Shown here one piece after another: positions 9,729-19,002 of a DNA stretch of 34,877 nt. Each line of letters begins with the position of its first letter. Positions within the stretch are counted from its first letter, which is position 1. Made by a program: the position numbers and the translations under genes. Source of the DNA: Candidatus Omnitrophota bacterium (lineage in GTDB: Bacteria; Omnitrophota; Gorgyraeia; JAGLLT01); the NCBI GenBank assembly GCA_023140385.1, contig JAGLLT010000005.1:1-34877 (forward strand). Reading direction: 5' to 3'. The notes below the pieces were generated by a model. It was not told the DNA's origin, ran no database searches, and was given only the letters and a program-made list of their open reading frames with translations.

Positions 9729-9833
9729 CTAAGATTTGGCCGCTTTTTTGACTTTTTTGGCAAGCTTCTTCTCTTTTATCGTTTTCTTCGCTTTCTTTTT
9801 TACATCTTTTTTAATATCACGGTTTCTTGACAT
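9729..9833 (-). CDS. 34-aa lysine-rich small protein (below ORF-track cutoff)
   Basis: Manual translation MSRNRDIKKDVKKKAKKTIKEKKLAKKVKKAAKS*. Perfect AGGAGG (9840-9845) 6 nt before the ATG, immediately after the dtd stop. Confidence 0.8.
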   Translation of the reverse strand: MSRNRDIKKDVKKKAKKTIKEKKLAKKVKKAAKS

Positions 9834-9845
9834 CTCTTTCCTCCT

Positions 9846-10289
9846 TTATTTTTTCGAATTCAGGATGAGTGTTACAGGGCCGTTGTTTTCTAAACTAACT
9901 ATCATATGAGCGGCAAAAATGCCTGTTTTTACATCTAAACCTTTATCTTTTAACAAAGCTCCCGCATACTCATAAAGTTCTTCGGCCTTTTTGGGCTCAG
10001 CCGCTTTGCTAAATGAGGGCCTTAAACCTTTTTTGGTGTCTGCTGTCAATGTAAACTGCGATACAAGTAAAATCTGCGCGGAAACATCTTGAGCCGAGAG
10101 ATTCATCTTTCCTTTGGAATCTCCAAACATTCTTATATTTGCGATTTTCTTTGCCAAATATTCACAGTCAGTTCTATCGTCTTCCGCCTCAACTCCTAAG
10201 AAAACTAAAGCGCCCTTTGAAATAGAGCATATCTTTTGATTGTCTACGCTTACAGATGAGCTATTTACTCTTTGAAGCAAAGCTATCAT
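9846..10289 (-). CDS. dtd: D-aminoacyl-tRNA deacylase
   Basis: LLQRV, GKMNLS, SQFTL, RPSFS, NNGPVT signature motifs. Confidence 0.97.
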   Translation of the reverse strand: MIALLQRVNSSSVSVDNQKICSISKGALVFLGVEAEDDRTDCEYLAKKIANIRMFGDSKGKMNLSAQDVSAQILLVSQFTLTADTKKGLRPSFSKAAEPKKAEELYEYAGALLKDKGLDVKTGIFAAHMIVSLENNGPVTLILNSKK

Positions 10290-10296
10290 ACAAGCC

Positions 10297-10716
10297 TCAC
10301 TCTCCCATTATTTGCAGGTGGATCTTTCGATCGCGGGGGCGATTGTCAAAGTCAATAAAGATAATTTGCTGCCATGTTCCGAGATTCAGCTTTCCTTCAT
10401 TAAAGGGAACAGTTAGAGAAGGGCCGATTAATGATGCCCGTACATGAGAAAAGCCGTTACCGTCACCCCAGCGCTCATTGTGATGATAGGCCTCATTTTC
10501 AGGGATTACCTTTTCAAAAAAGCGCTTCAAATCCTCAATTAGGCCGCTTTCATACTCACAGGTGGTCAGCGCCCCCGTTGAGCCGGAGCAAATGATGGAG
10601 ATAATACCCGCCCGCAACTTACTTTCTTTAAGCGCTTCTTCAACTTCGGATGTTATATCTATAATGTCACTATAACCTTTCGTCTCGATCTGAAGCTGTC
10701 CGCTGATTGTTTTCAT
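10297..10716 (-). CDS. yjbQ: YjbQ/UPF0047 family protein (secondary thiamine-phosphate synthase-like)
   Basis: IDIT, GSTGALTTCEYE, DGNGFSHVRASLIGPS, LGTWQQIIFIDFD. Confidence 0.92.
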   Translation of the reverse strand: MKTISGQLQIETKGYSDIIDITSEVEEALKESKLRAGIISIICSGSTGALTTCEYESGLIEDLKRFFEKVIPENEAYHHNERWGDGNGFSHVRASLIGPSLTVPFNEGKLNLGTWQQIIFIDFDNRPRDRKIHLQIMGE

Positions 10717-10722
10717 AGAGCC

Positions 10723-13110
10723 TTATGAGTTTTTTTTGAAGTTAATTATGAGAGTTGCCGTGTTATTTTGCGGCCTAAAAGATACTAAATAGTTATTTTC
10801 ATTCTGTTTAGATTTGTACTTTTTGCCGTCTAAGACTATTTCTTTTACTCCCTTTAGCTTAAGATTTATCTCTTCATAGCCGTCGCGAGTAACCAGCAGC
10901 TTAATAGTAATTGTGTCTTTTTTGTTATCCGCAAGGCTGACTATCTGCGCGGTTGTCTTTAGGATGGTTAAACGTTCAGAAACAGTGAAATTTAAAGGCA
11001 GCATCCTTCCGCTTCTGGCAGGCAGGGTAAAATGCCCCCGCTGAGGCAAAATAACCTTTTTTCCGTTAAAATCGCGAAGGCTAAGTTTGACCTTTTTGTC
11101 AATCTGATGGTAGTTGACCGCGAAAAGATAGCCGCGTTTGCCGCTTATTCTTAACGCGGTCTGAATATCCCTATTACTCTTTTTCTCTACCATGCTTTTT
11201 ATATTGAGTTTGTCCAGCACTTTCTTGAGCATATCAACATGGTAATCAAATACGTGCCTAAAGCCAAAGCCGTGAACAATCAGCCTGCCCTTTTTATATT
11301 TTTTAAACACAGCCGCTTTTTGGCCGCTCTCAGTTTTAAAAAGAGCCTCAGCTTTACTTCTGAAAGTCCTGATAGGTTTATCAACAAACAATAAGTCACT
11401 TTTTTCCTTTATAAAAGAGTCCTCTGAAACGCGGGGAACAAAATTAAATTCCTCTCTTAAAAAAGCGCATTTCTTTAGGTCTATATCTTTTCGCGGCAGT
11501 TCGGGCCCAATAATTAAATTGCCGCCGTTTTTTACAAAAGCCGCTATTTTCATCTGGGTAGCCTTATCCATAAAGTCAAGACAAAAAACAAAAAGATTCT
11601 TTTTGCCGCTGAGAGAATCCGCCTGAAGATTTACTATATCATAATTATAACCGGCTAATTCAAGAAGCCGGCAAATACCGTCAAAGAAAAGACCGTTTCT
11701 CTTTTGTTCAAGGCCGCTGCCAAAACTACCTTGTAAAAACTCCGTCATATAATAAGGCAGGTAAAGCCCAATTGAAACATCCGCGTGTTTTTTTGTCTCT
11801 GAAAGGCCGGTGCCGAAAGTTTTAAGTATCCCGCCCCATTTGGCTATAGATTTATAATGCGGCCTGGGATTTCCTTCTAAGTCAACAGCCGCCTGCCAAT
11901 TATGCCTGGTTCCCATTGTTCCCATATCAGGCAGATTTCTTCCGGAAGCAAATAAATAGGCGTTGAGCCCGTTTAAACCGTGAGCAATTGATGTTAAAAT
12001 ATTTAAATCTACATCAGGCGGATATAAAACAGGCTTATCAAATATAACTCCGCTTTGCATCTCAACGCACATAACAGGAGCATTGCTATCGGAAACCATC
12101 TTTACTACTTCGGTAGTAACCGCGACATCATGAAAATTTTCGTAGTCAAGCCTTCTCATCTGGTAGGCTCCGCCTAACACTAAATTATCAACCTTTTTAG
12201 GAAAAGAGGTAAACATTGAAGAGGTCATCGGGCTCCAGATGCCTCGCCCGCGGACATCAAAGTCGGCAAAGTGGGCAATGTTGGCAATAAGGGGCACGTT
12301 AATACCGTGTACCTTAGCCTCTTTTGCCAAAAACCCGTAGTATGAAGCATAAAATTCCCGCATAAAGTCCACCCACACCCAATAACTGATGCCTGGCTGG
12401 TTATTATGTGTAAGAAGCGGATATTTAACCTGCGAAAAATTTTTATACCGTGAACCGAAAGCCGCGTTAAGCTCCTGAATAGAGCCGTATTTCTTCCGTA
12501 AAAAACTATGATATAATGACATTGCCGCTTTACTCGTGTCGGGCACCTTTGTAAGCCAGTTAATCATACTAATTTCATTATCTAACTGGACCGATATAAC
12601 CTTTCCGCCGGCAGTAATCTGACGGGCCGCAATTAAAGGTATTATTTTCTCATACCACTTTTTCACAAATTGAAGGTACGCTGGATGCAAAAAGGATATC
12701 ATGGCGCCCCTGAACAACGAGCCGTCAGTCTTTTTTAGTCCAATTTCAGGATAGTTATCAAGGAGCCATGCCGGCAGGCCATCATCTATGATTTCAGCAT
12801 GACACATGGGCCCGGCTCTTAAAACAACAAAAAGCCCTTCCTCTTCGCACTTTTTTAAAAAACCAAGTAGGTTTCTCTCTTTTATTGTTCGTCCGGTAAA
12901 GTCAAATTTACCCTCTTCGTATTCGTGCCAGCGCCAGGGAATATAGGTAGCAACTGTATTCAAGCCTGCCTTGCGCGCCATTTTTAAATAAGTACTCCAT
13001 TTTTCAGAGGGAGTCCTAAAGTAGTGAATTTCTCCTGAATATAAAAAGAAAGGCTTGTCGTTGAGATAATACTGGCCGCTCCTTAATACCATAGACCCAC
13101 TTTTTTTCAT
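10723..13110 (-). CDS. GH35 glycosidase of the GlmA-like clade (GH42-type trimerisation domain), cytoplasmic
   Basis: SGEIHYFR, AGLNTVATYIPWRWHE, GKFDFTG, RAGPMCHAE, QLDNE (acid/base E179), CVEMQSG (nucleophile E350), LDFMD...FVKNGGNLI; no signal peptide. Confidence 0.85.
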   Translation of the reverse strand: MKKSGSMVLRSGQYYLNDKPFFLYSGEIHYFRTPSEKWSTYLKMARKAGLNTVATYIPWRWHEYEEGKFDFTGRTIKERNLLGFLKKCEEEGLFVVLRAGPMCHAEIIDDGLPAWLLDNYPEIGLKKTDGSLFRGAMISFLHPAYLQFVKKWYEKIIPLIAARQITAGGKVISVQLDNEISMINWLTKVPDTSKAAMSLYHSFLRKKYGSIQELNAAFGSRYKNFSQVKYPLLTHNNQPGISYWVWVDFMREFYASYYGFLAKEAKVHGINVPLIANIAHFADFDVRGRGIWSPMTSSMFTSFPKKVDNLVLGGAYQMRRLDYENFHDVAVTTEVVKMVSDSNAPVMCVEMQSGVIFDKPVLYPPDVDLNILTSIAHGLNGLNAYLFASGRNLPDMGTMGTRHNWQAAVDLEGNPRPHYKSIAKWGGILKTFGTGLSETKKHADVSIGLYLPYYMTEFLQGSFGSGLEQKRNGLFFDGICRLLELAGYNYDIVNLQADSLSGKKNLFVFCLDFMDKATQMKIAAFVKNGGNLIIGPELPRKDIDLKKCAFLREEFNFVPRVSEDSFIKEKSDLLFVDKPIRTFRSKAEALFKTESGQKAAVFKKYKKGRLIVHGFGFRHVFDYHVDMLKKVLDKLNIKSMVEKKSNRDIQTALRISGKRGYLFAVNYHQIDKKVKLSLRDFNGKKVILPQRGHFTLPARSGRMLPLNFTVSERLTILKTTAQIVSLADNKKDTITIKLLVTRDGYEEINLKLKGVKEIVLDGKKYKSKQNENNYLVSFRPQNNTATLIINFKKNS

Positions 13111-13146
13111 CTTGTCACTCCATATATTTTTTATAAAAAGCTTTTT

Positions 13147-13713
13147 TTAAAAACTAACTTTAGGATTTTCTTTTGATGCCTCGTCCGCTTCAAAATATAT
13201 TTCAGGCTCCATTAGGCCTCTTTTTCCCGCGAAGAAACCGCCGAAGACGGTTCTTATATAGGTATTAAACCCTCTAACCTTTAAATTGTATCTCCTGCGG
13301 GCAACGGCAATCCTGTTTTCCGTTCCCTCAAGCTGGCTTTGCAAAGCTAAAAAGTTTTCACTGGCTTTTAAATTAGGATAGTTCTCCGCCACAAGCAGTA
13401 ATCTTGAAATCGCGCTTGAGGTTTTATTGGCGGTCTCTATCTGCTGTTCTCTGCCCGAACTCTCAGCCCATTGGCTTCTTAATCTGGCTACCTCTGAAAA
13501 AATCTCTTTCTCGTGCGCGGCGTACCCTTTTACCGTGCTAACCAGATTAGGAATTAGGTCATTTCTTCTCTGAAGCTGAGTTTCAACCTGCGACCACTCA
13601 CCGCTTACGGCTTCATGCAGGGTAACAACCTTATTCAACCCCCCTATATACCAGCCCACACCAATTGCAAAAAGAAGGGCAATTATAACTACCGCTACTA
13701 TAACACCTTTCAT
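13147..13713 (-). CDS. lemA: LemA family protein
   Basis: N-terminal TM, WSQVETQLQRRNDLIPNLVSTVKGYAAHE, ENYPNLKASENFLALQSQLEGTENRIAVARRRYN. Confidence 0.96.
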   Translation of the reverse strand: MKGVIVAVVIIALLFAIGVGWYIGGLNKVVTLHEAVSGEWSQVETQLQRRNDLIPNLVSTVKGYAAHEKEIFSEVARLRSQWAESSGREQQIETANKTSSAISRLLLVAENYPNLKASENFLALQSQLEGTENRIAVARRRYNLKVRGFNTYIRTVFGGFFAGKRGLMEPEIYFEADEASKENPKVSF

Positions 13714-13733
13714 AACATCTCCTTAATGAGGGC

Positions 13734-13908
13734 ATCTTTTACAACAACGAAGTTGGCGTAAAAGATAAACCCGAATTAATTCCGCCGAGAGTCGCAAAAT
13801 TGTCACCCTCTGGAATTTCACACTGTGAAATTCCCAGGATACAGTCCCGGGAATGCTTTGCATTCCATGGGAAAGAGAATTTTGCGACATCTTTCGAGAC
13901 GGAAATTC
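13734..13908. repeat. Nested palindrome cluster (REP-like or structured RNA)
   Basis: Hairpin 13734-13766; outer stem GTCGCAAAATT (13791-13801)/AATTTTGCGAC (13878-13888); inner GGAATTTCACA-C-TGTGAAATTCC (13812-13834) and GGAATGC-TTT-GCATTCC (13850-13866). Confidence 0.75.
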
Positions 13909-13921
13909 CTTTTACTGTTTT

Positions 13922-14701
13922 CTACCACGACCCGCTGGCGCCGCCTCCTCCTGAAAATCCGCCGCCGAAGCCGCCGAAGCCGCCGGAAAATCCTCCTGAA
14001 CTGCCTCCATAACCAGTGCCATGCCAATATCCGCCGCGCCGCCTAAAGGCTGAGCCGAAAAAAAGCAGGCCAAATAAACCCATACGCGAACTTACGATAA
14101 GGATAATAAATAACAGTGTAAATAGCATATCTAAAGGAGACGCTTTTTTATCCTCTTTAACCGCGCCACCAGGCAGTTTGACTGACTCTGAAAGAGAAAC
14201 ACCGTATTTCTTGGAGATAATACCGGATATTATTTTAATAGCTCCCGTAAGGCCGCCGGCGTAATCCTCTCTCTTAAATTGAGGGACAATTACTTCTCTG
14301 ATAATTCCTGAAGCCTGAGCGTCGGTTATCTCACCTTCCAGGCCGTAACCAACCTCTATCCTGACCTTTCTGTCTTTAATTGCCGCCAGCAGTAAAACAC
14401 CGTTGTCTTTATCTTTCCGGCCTATCTGCCACTGCTCAAAAACACCTACAGCATACTCTTCAACGCTTAAACCGTTTGTTGTTTTAACGGTTAAGACGGC
14501 AATTTGAGCCGTAGTAAGCTTTTCAAGTTCACCAAGGAAACTATTTAATTGTAACTCATCAGCGGAGGTCAGCACTCCGGCTTTATCGGTTACATAATTT
14601 TCATATTTGGGATATTTAACCTGACAGAAACCGGACGGAGTTAAAATAAAAAGTGAGGCCGCGACTCCTATCCAGCATAGAATATTAGAAATCTTTCTCA
14701 T
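13922..14701 (-). CDS. TPM-domain (YgcG-like) membrane protein
   Basis: Signal peptide, YVTDKAGVL, QIAVLTV, WQIGRKDKDNGVLLL, RIEVGYGLEG, TM helix and Gly-rich tail GGGFSGGGGASGSW. Confidence 0.95.
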   Translation of the reverse strand: MRKISNILCWIGVAASLFILTPSGFCQVKYPKYENYVTDKAGVLTSADELQLNSFLGELEKLTTAQIAVLTVKTTNGLSVEEYAVGVFEQWQIGRKDKDNGVLLLAAIKDRKVRIEVGYGLEGEITDAQASGIIREVIVPQFKREDYAGGLTGAIKIISGIISKKYGVSLSESVKLPGGAVKEDKKASPLDMLFTLLFIILIVSSRMGLFGLLFFGSAFRRRGGYWHGTGYGGSSGGFSGGFGGFGGGFSGGGGASGSW

Positions 14702-15441
14702 ATTTTATCTACAATATTCGCGAGTTTTTCAATCTGATTAAGGTAGTCTTTTAAAACATCTTCTACATCGCGGCCCGCGATTCTTTCATCATTTCTCACG
14801 TCCTTAAGAATGGTAAAGAAAAGATCGGAATTCAGGCTAAACTCTTCGCATAGCTCAACTATAATCTCTTCTTTGGCAACCGGCGGCTTTATTCCTTTTA
14901 AGCGTAGAAGGTTCCTAAAAACGGGTAAAAGTGATTTAAATGACTCCTTTAATAAGGCCTCCATGCCTTTAGCCTTAAATCCTACCTCCAGATAAGCCTG
15001 TCTAATCCTTATCAACTTGCCTTTTAACTGTTGTTCGCACTCCAGCCGCAGGTTAGACTCATTAATATCTATGGAACCCATAATGTCTTCACCAAAGACC
15101 GTAATGTGATTTTCTTTAATCTCCAAAAATTCAGCCGGAAAGACATCAAGAGAAGCCAAAATGTATTCATCGGTTAAAAACAAAGGAGCGCTTATCTTGC
15201 GCCTTATGCCTTTATTTATTACCTTCAAGGCTTTTTTAAAAAAACTGAAGTCCATCTTTCTAAAAATAACCAGCAGGTTGACATCAGACGACTTGACGGA
15301 AAAATCATTTCCGGCCGCGCTTCCGTAAATTACCACTGACATAATTTCATCCTCATAGAGGCTCAGCAGCTCCTTGAGGTACGGTTCAACTTTAGCCGCT
15401 ACCGCGGGCGGCAATTTCTCCAGATTAATTAGTTCTCGCAT
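14698..15441 (-). CDS. Nucleotidyltransferase-fold protein with helical C-terminal domain
   Basis: VVIYGSAAGNDF...SDVNLLVI, DVFPAEFLEIK, LRLECEQQLKGKLIRIR. Start reassigned to 15441 (TAGGAGGAGAT-ATG), which removes the overlap with the upstream gene. Confidence 0.8.
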   Translation of the reverse strand: MRELINLEKLPPAVAAKVEPYLKELLSLYEDEIMSVVIYGSAAGNDFSVKSSDVNLLVIFRKMDFSFFKKALKVINKGIRRKISAPLFLTDEYILASLDVFPAEFLEIKENHITVFGEDIMGSIDINESNLRLECEQQLKGKLIRIRQAYLEVGFKAKGMEALLKESFKSLLPVFRNLLRLKGIKPPVAKEEIIVELCEEFSLNSDLFFTILKDVRNDERIAGRDVEDVLKDYLNQIEKLANIVDKI

Positions 15442-15449
15442 ATCTCCTC

Positions 15450-15776
15450 CTATCTCCAGGCGGCTTCGCCGCTCCATTCCCGTCTTAAAAATCTTTTTTT
15501 TAAGTGTAAAATGCCGACTATATCTTTAATCAGGCCGCGAAGGGCTGCTGAAGGCAAAGAAATTATTACCCTTAAAACGTTAGTTGCCGCCAGCCTGGCC
15601 GTTATCTCAACCCCGCCCGAGACAACTCTGACCTTCACAATCTTTTCTAAAGGAATGTAAGTGCCGGCGGTATTTTTTTCGCCCTCAACATAAAGCCGGT
15701 TTTGATCAAGGCAAACATCCCCCTCGAAACGTTTATGCCTTTCCGTATAACAACCTCTTCCGTATTTTTTATTCAT
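15450..15776 (-). CDS. Hypothetical protein (beta-rich, possibly PH-like fold)
   Basis: 108-aa ORF with its own promoter and tight coupling to the next gene; RLYV...YIPLEKIVKVRV pattern. Confidence 0.7.
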   Translation of the reverse strand: MNKKYGRGCYTERHKRFEGDVCLDQNRLYVEGEKNTAGTYIPLEKIVKVRVVSGGVEITARLAATNVLRVIISLPSAALRGLIKDIVGILHLKKRFLRREWSGEAAWR

Positions 15777-15810
15777 CTTGTAGAATTTTATTTAACCGGT
15801 AATTTTAATT

Positions 15811-15839
15811 ACTTTATCACAAAAAATTCGAGGGGTCAA
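15811..15839 (-). promoter_or_regulatory. Putative sigma70 promoter for the hypothetical-NTase-TPM-LemA run
   Basis: Minus strand TTGACC-17 nt-TAAAGT with TG just upstream of the -10. Confidence 0.5.
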
Positions 15840-15855
15840 GAAAAAGAGGATGTCA

Positions 15856-18800
15856 TTAAAGAGCATTATTGCCATTTTTCTCAACGGTTGAATGGCCTAT
15901 GAGCTTTAGGGTGATGTCGTCGATGATGGCGTAGATGCAGGGCAGGGCGATTAATGTAAGCGCTGTAGCGCAAACTATGCCCCAGACGATTGTCAAAGCC
16001 AGGGGCTTAAGGAAGGGATCACCGCCTCCGATGCAGTAGGCTGTAGGAACTAAACCAAGACTGGTGGTAATTGTGGTAAGTATGACCGGCCTTAACCTTA
16101 ACTGGCCTCCCTTGATAATGGAATCGCGCCTGTCAACCCCTTTCCGGCGCAGTCCGTTTATAAAATCAACCAGGACGATAGAGTCATTAACGACAATGCC
16201 GGTCAGGCCGACTACTCCCATCATCGCGAAGAACCCCAGGGGCATGCCATGGAAAAAGAAGGCCCAGACTACCCCTATAATACCAAAAGGAATGGCCATC
16301 ATTACCACAAGGGGCTGAATCAAAGAGTTAAATGAAGCGGCTAAAATCATAAAGATAAGAAACATAGCCAGCCCAAAGGCTATCAAAAAATTCTTTGTCG
16401 TTTCAATGTTTTCTTTTTGCTCCCCTCCGAACTCTATCTTGCAGCCCGGATACCTCTGAGGAATATCCCTGAATTTCCCTGCTAAAAGATTATTGACTTT
16501 TATTGAAGTTATATTCTTATTATCAACTTCAGCCCTTATCGTAATTACCCTGCGGCCGTTTAAGTGGTTTATAGATACCGAAGATGTTCTTTTCTCCAGA
16601 CGCGCTACTTTTTTTAGCGGAACAAGGTGGCCATACTTATTGGGAATAGTTATTTTTTCAAAGGTAATTTCTTTATCGCGCGCCTCTTCGGGGAAGCGTA
16701 CCAGGACATCAATCTCCTCTTCCGCCTTGGTGGGCTTAATGGAGGTTGCTACCCCTCCCTTAAAGGCATATCTAATGGATGAGGCGATATCCTCTATAGA
16801 TAAATATGAACTGCTTGCCTTTTCTTCATCAACCACAATCCGTATCTCACTTCTGCCGGCTTCATAACTTGAAGCGATATCCGAGACACCTTTTATTCCT
16901 GCCAGATAAGCTGATACCTCATCGCCAATATCTTCTAACACCGTAAAATCCTCGCCCCTTATCTCAACGGCAACAGCCTTTCCTACCGGCGGCCCTTCCT
17001 TTTCTTTTTCAAAATATACCTTTTCAAAACCACTCACATCCTTTAACCCGCTTCTTAAATTCTCAATAATCTCAGATACTGTTTTATCTCTGGTATTAAA
17101 AGGTGTTAGATTAACCGTTACCTGAGCTACGTGGCTTCCCTGTTTGCCGTACTCATCAAACATCCAGCCCATCCCTATCATACCTACCTGAGTTATGTAA
17201 GAGTCAAGCTGGTCATCCGGTAAAACGGCAACCTTCTTTTCTATCTGACCGATAAGCTCATTAGTTTTATATAAATTTGTCCCCACAGGGGCTTCAGCTC
17301 TTATGTAAAACTGCTCTATTGCCTCCTCCGAACCAAAGAGGACAAAGTTCATCTTTTTTGCCAGCATAAAGGTGCCTAAAAGAATAATAATTAAACCAAA
17401 GATAACCCAGTAGCGTCTATTTAAGGCCTTATTTAACAATCGGGTGTAAGACTTCACCAGCCATTTAACGTGAGAAAGCTCCATGCCGGATTTCCCGGCC
17501 AACTTTTTACCGCGCGGGCGTTTTACAAAATCCGCAAAATGAGAAGGCAAAATAATTAGGGCCTCAAGAAGAGAGGCGCATAAAGCAATAATAACAATTA
17601 CAGGTATACCCCTAATGAATTTACCCATTATGCCGGGCAGGAATAAAAGAGGCGCGAAGGCGGCCATAGTCGTTAAAACGGCGGTTACGACAGGCTTTAA
17701 AACTTCCTCTGTGCCCTTTATAGCCGCGGCGCGCGGATCCATCCCCGCTTCCAGATAGCGGGAACAGTTTTCAGCTACAATGATGCCGTCATCTACCAAC
17801 ATACCCAGAACTATAATGAGGCCGAACATTGTAATCAGGTTAACACTTATATCAAGGTAACCCATAACAGCCAGGGTAGCGCCAAAAGCAATAGGAATCC
17901 CCAGGGCGGTTAAAAAGGCCGTTCTGTGATGCAAAAAAAACACCAGGACGCAAATCACCAGGGCGAACCCGATAATGCCGTTGTTTCTTAAGACACCTAA
18001 TCTTCGCCGTATATAATACGAGATATCGTTTGTATAATTAATTTCTAAGTTTTTAGGGGCATTTTGAATAAAACCGGCAGTTTCCCTTTTTACGTCATCT
18101 ACAATTTTAATTGTATCGCCGCTCGACCTTTTAATAACCGTAAGCATTATTGACCTGGTGCCAAAACTCTTATTTATAACATCTTCATCCTCAAAATAAA
18201 ATCTGACACCGGCTACATCTTTTATCCGCAGCCAGTTACCCATATCATTAGCGCGTATAATAACGTTTTCGATTTCTTCTACAGTATGAAACTCTCCTGT
18301 AGTCCGGATGATAATTTCTTCTTCTCCCCGCATTTTTCCCGCGGGAATACTGATGTTGCGCCTCTTAAGAGCCGTCATTATCTCTTTGAGGCTCAAGTGA
18401 AACTCCTCTAATTTATCAGGATCAACCTCCACCCACACCTCTGAATCACGCCATCCCTGACTGGCGATAGAAGAAACTCCTTTAATGTCCTCAAGTATAT
18501 CTTCCAGTTTCTCGGCACACTCCTGGAGCTCAAATTCCGTCAAATCACCACTTAAGGCTATTTTTATAACGGGAATTTCTCCCGAGGTAATTTCAGTTAC
18601 AAGGGGTTCTTCCGCGTCATCCGGCAAGCCTCTGGCCCTGTCAACCGCCTGCCGTATCTCATCGACCACCTTGTCTTTATCTTTTATATCCTGGCTGAGT
18701 TCTAATTGAATTGTGGAAAGATTATCAATTGAGGCTGAGCTCATATCCTCAACCCCGTCAACACCCCTCAGCTCCTTTTCAATAGGAACTGTTACGAGTT

Positions 18801-18987
18801 TTTCTACCTCGGCCGGCGAAGCGCCGGCATAGAAGGTACGAACCACGACCACGTCAAAAGATACATCAGGAAACGCCTCTCTCCTAATCTGATAAACAAA
18901 AATTGTCGCGAATCCGGCTATAAGAATAAATAGTGAGATTAGATTCACTAATAATGAATGTTTAACTGAAAACTCTGAAATCTTCAT
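15856..18987 (-). CDS. RND efflux permease (AcrB/AcrD/AcrF family)
   Basis: 1043 aa; GASPAEVEKLVTVPIE, GMLVDDGIIVAEN, GIVVNDSIVLVD, RLRPVILTT. Confidence 0.96.
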   Translation of the reverse strand: MKISEFSVKHSLLVNLISLFILIAGFATIFVYQIRREAFPDVSFDVVVVRTFYAGASPAEVEKLVTVPIEKELRGVDGVEDMSSASIDNLSTIQLELSQDIKDKDKVVDEIRQAVDRARGLPDDAEEPLVTEITSGEIPVIKIALSGDLTEFELQECAEKLEDILEDIKGVSSIASQGWRDSEVWVEVDPDKLEEFHLSLKEIMTALKRRNISIPAGKMRGEEEIIIRTTGEFHTVEEIENVIIRANDMGNWLRIKDVAGVRFYFEDEDVINKSFGTRSIMLTVIKRSSGDTIKIVDDVKRETAGFIQNAPKNLEINYTNDISYYIRRRLGVLRNNGIIGFALVICVLVFFLHHRTAFLTALGIPIAFGATLAVMGYLDISVNLITMFGLIIVLGMLVDDGIIVAENCSRYLEAGMDPRAAAIKGTEEVLKPVVTAVLTTMAAFAPLLFLPGIMGKFIRGIPVIVIIALCASLLEALIILPSHFADFVKRPRGKKLAGKSGMELSHVKWLVKSYTRLLNKALNRRYWVIFGLIIILLGTFMLAKKMNFVLFGSEEAIEQFYIRAEAPVGTNLYKTNELIGQIEKKVAVLPDDQLDSYITQVGMIGMGWMFDEYGKQGSHVAQVTVNLTPFNTRDKTVSEIIENLRSGLKDVSGFEKVYFEKEKEGPPVGKAVAVEIRGEDFTVLEDIGDEVSAYLAGIKGVSDIASSYEAGRSEIRIVVDEEKASSSYLSIEDIASSIRYAFKGGVATSIKPTKAEEEIDVLVRFPEEARDKEITFEKITIPNKYGHLVPLKKVARLEKRTSSVSINHLNGRRVITIRAEVDNKNITSIKVNNLLAGKFRDIPQRYPGCKIEFGGEQKENIETTKNFLIAFGLAMFLIFMILAASFNSLIQPLVVMMAIPFGIIGVVWAFFFHGMPLGFFAMMGVVGLTGIVVNDSIVLVDFINGLRRKGVDRRDSIIKGGQLRLRPVILTTITTSLGLVPTAYCIGGGDPFLKPLALTIVWGIVCATALTLIALPCIYAIIDDITLKLIGHSTVEKNGNNAL

Positions 18988-19002
18988 TTTTGAGAGTGCC
19001 TT

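Noticed and set aside
13791..13888. tRNA or riboswitch
   Set aside because: Cloverleaf-like branching but no T-loop, D-loop or CCA, and no aptamer consensus I recognise.
13925..14010. GC-rich CCGCCGAAG repeats and overlapping Pro/Arg-rich ORFs
   Set aside because: They are codons of the TPM Gly-rich tail read in other frames.
15442..15477. Longer NTase start given in the ORF track
   Set aside because: Overlaps the upstream gene; a strong SD supports the ATG at 15441.
15831..15840. AGGGGTCAAG match to the RAYT repeat
   Set aside because: Only 10 nt with no partner arm. It is adequately explained as a TTGACC -35 box, though a REP origin cannot be excluded.
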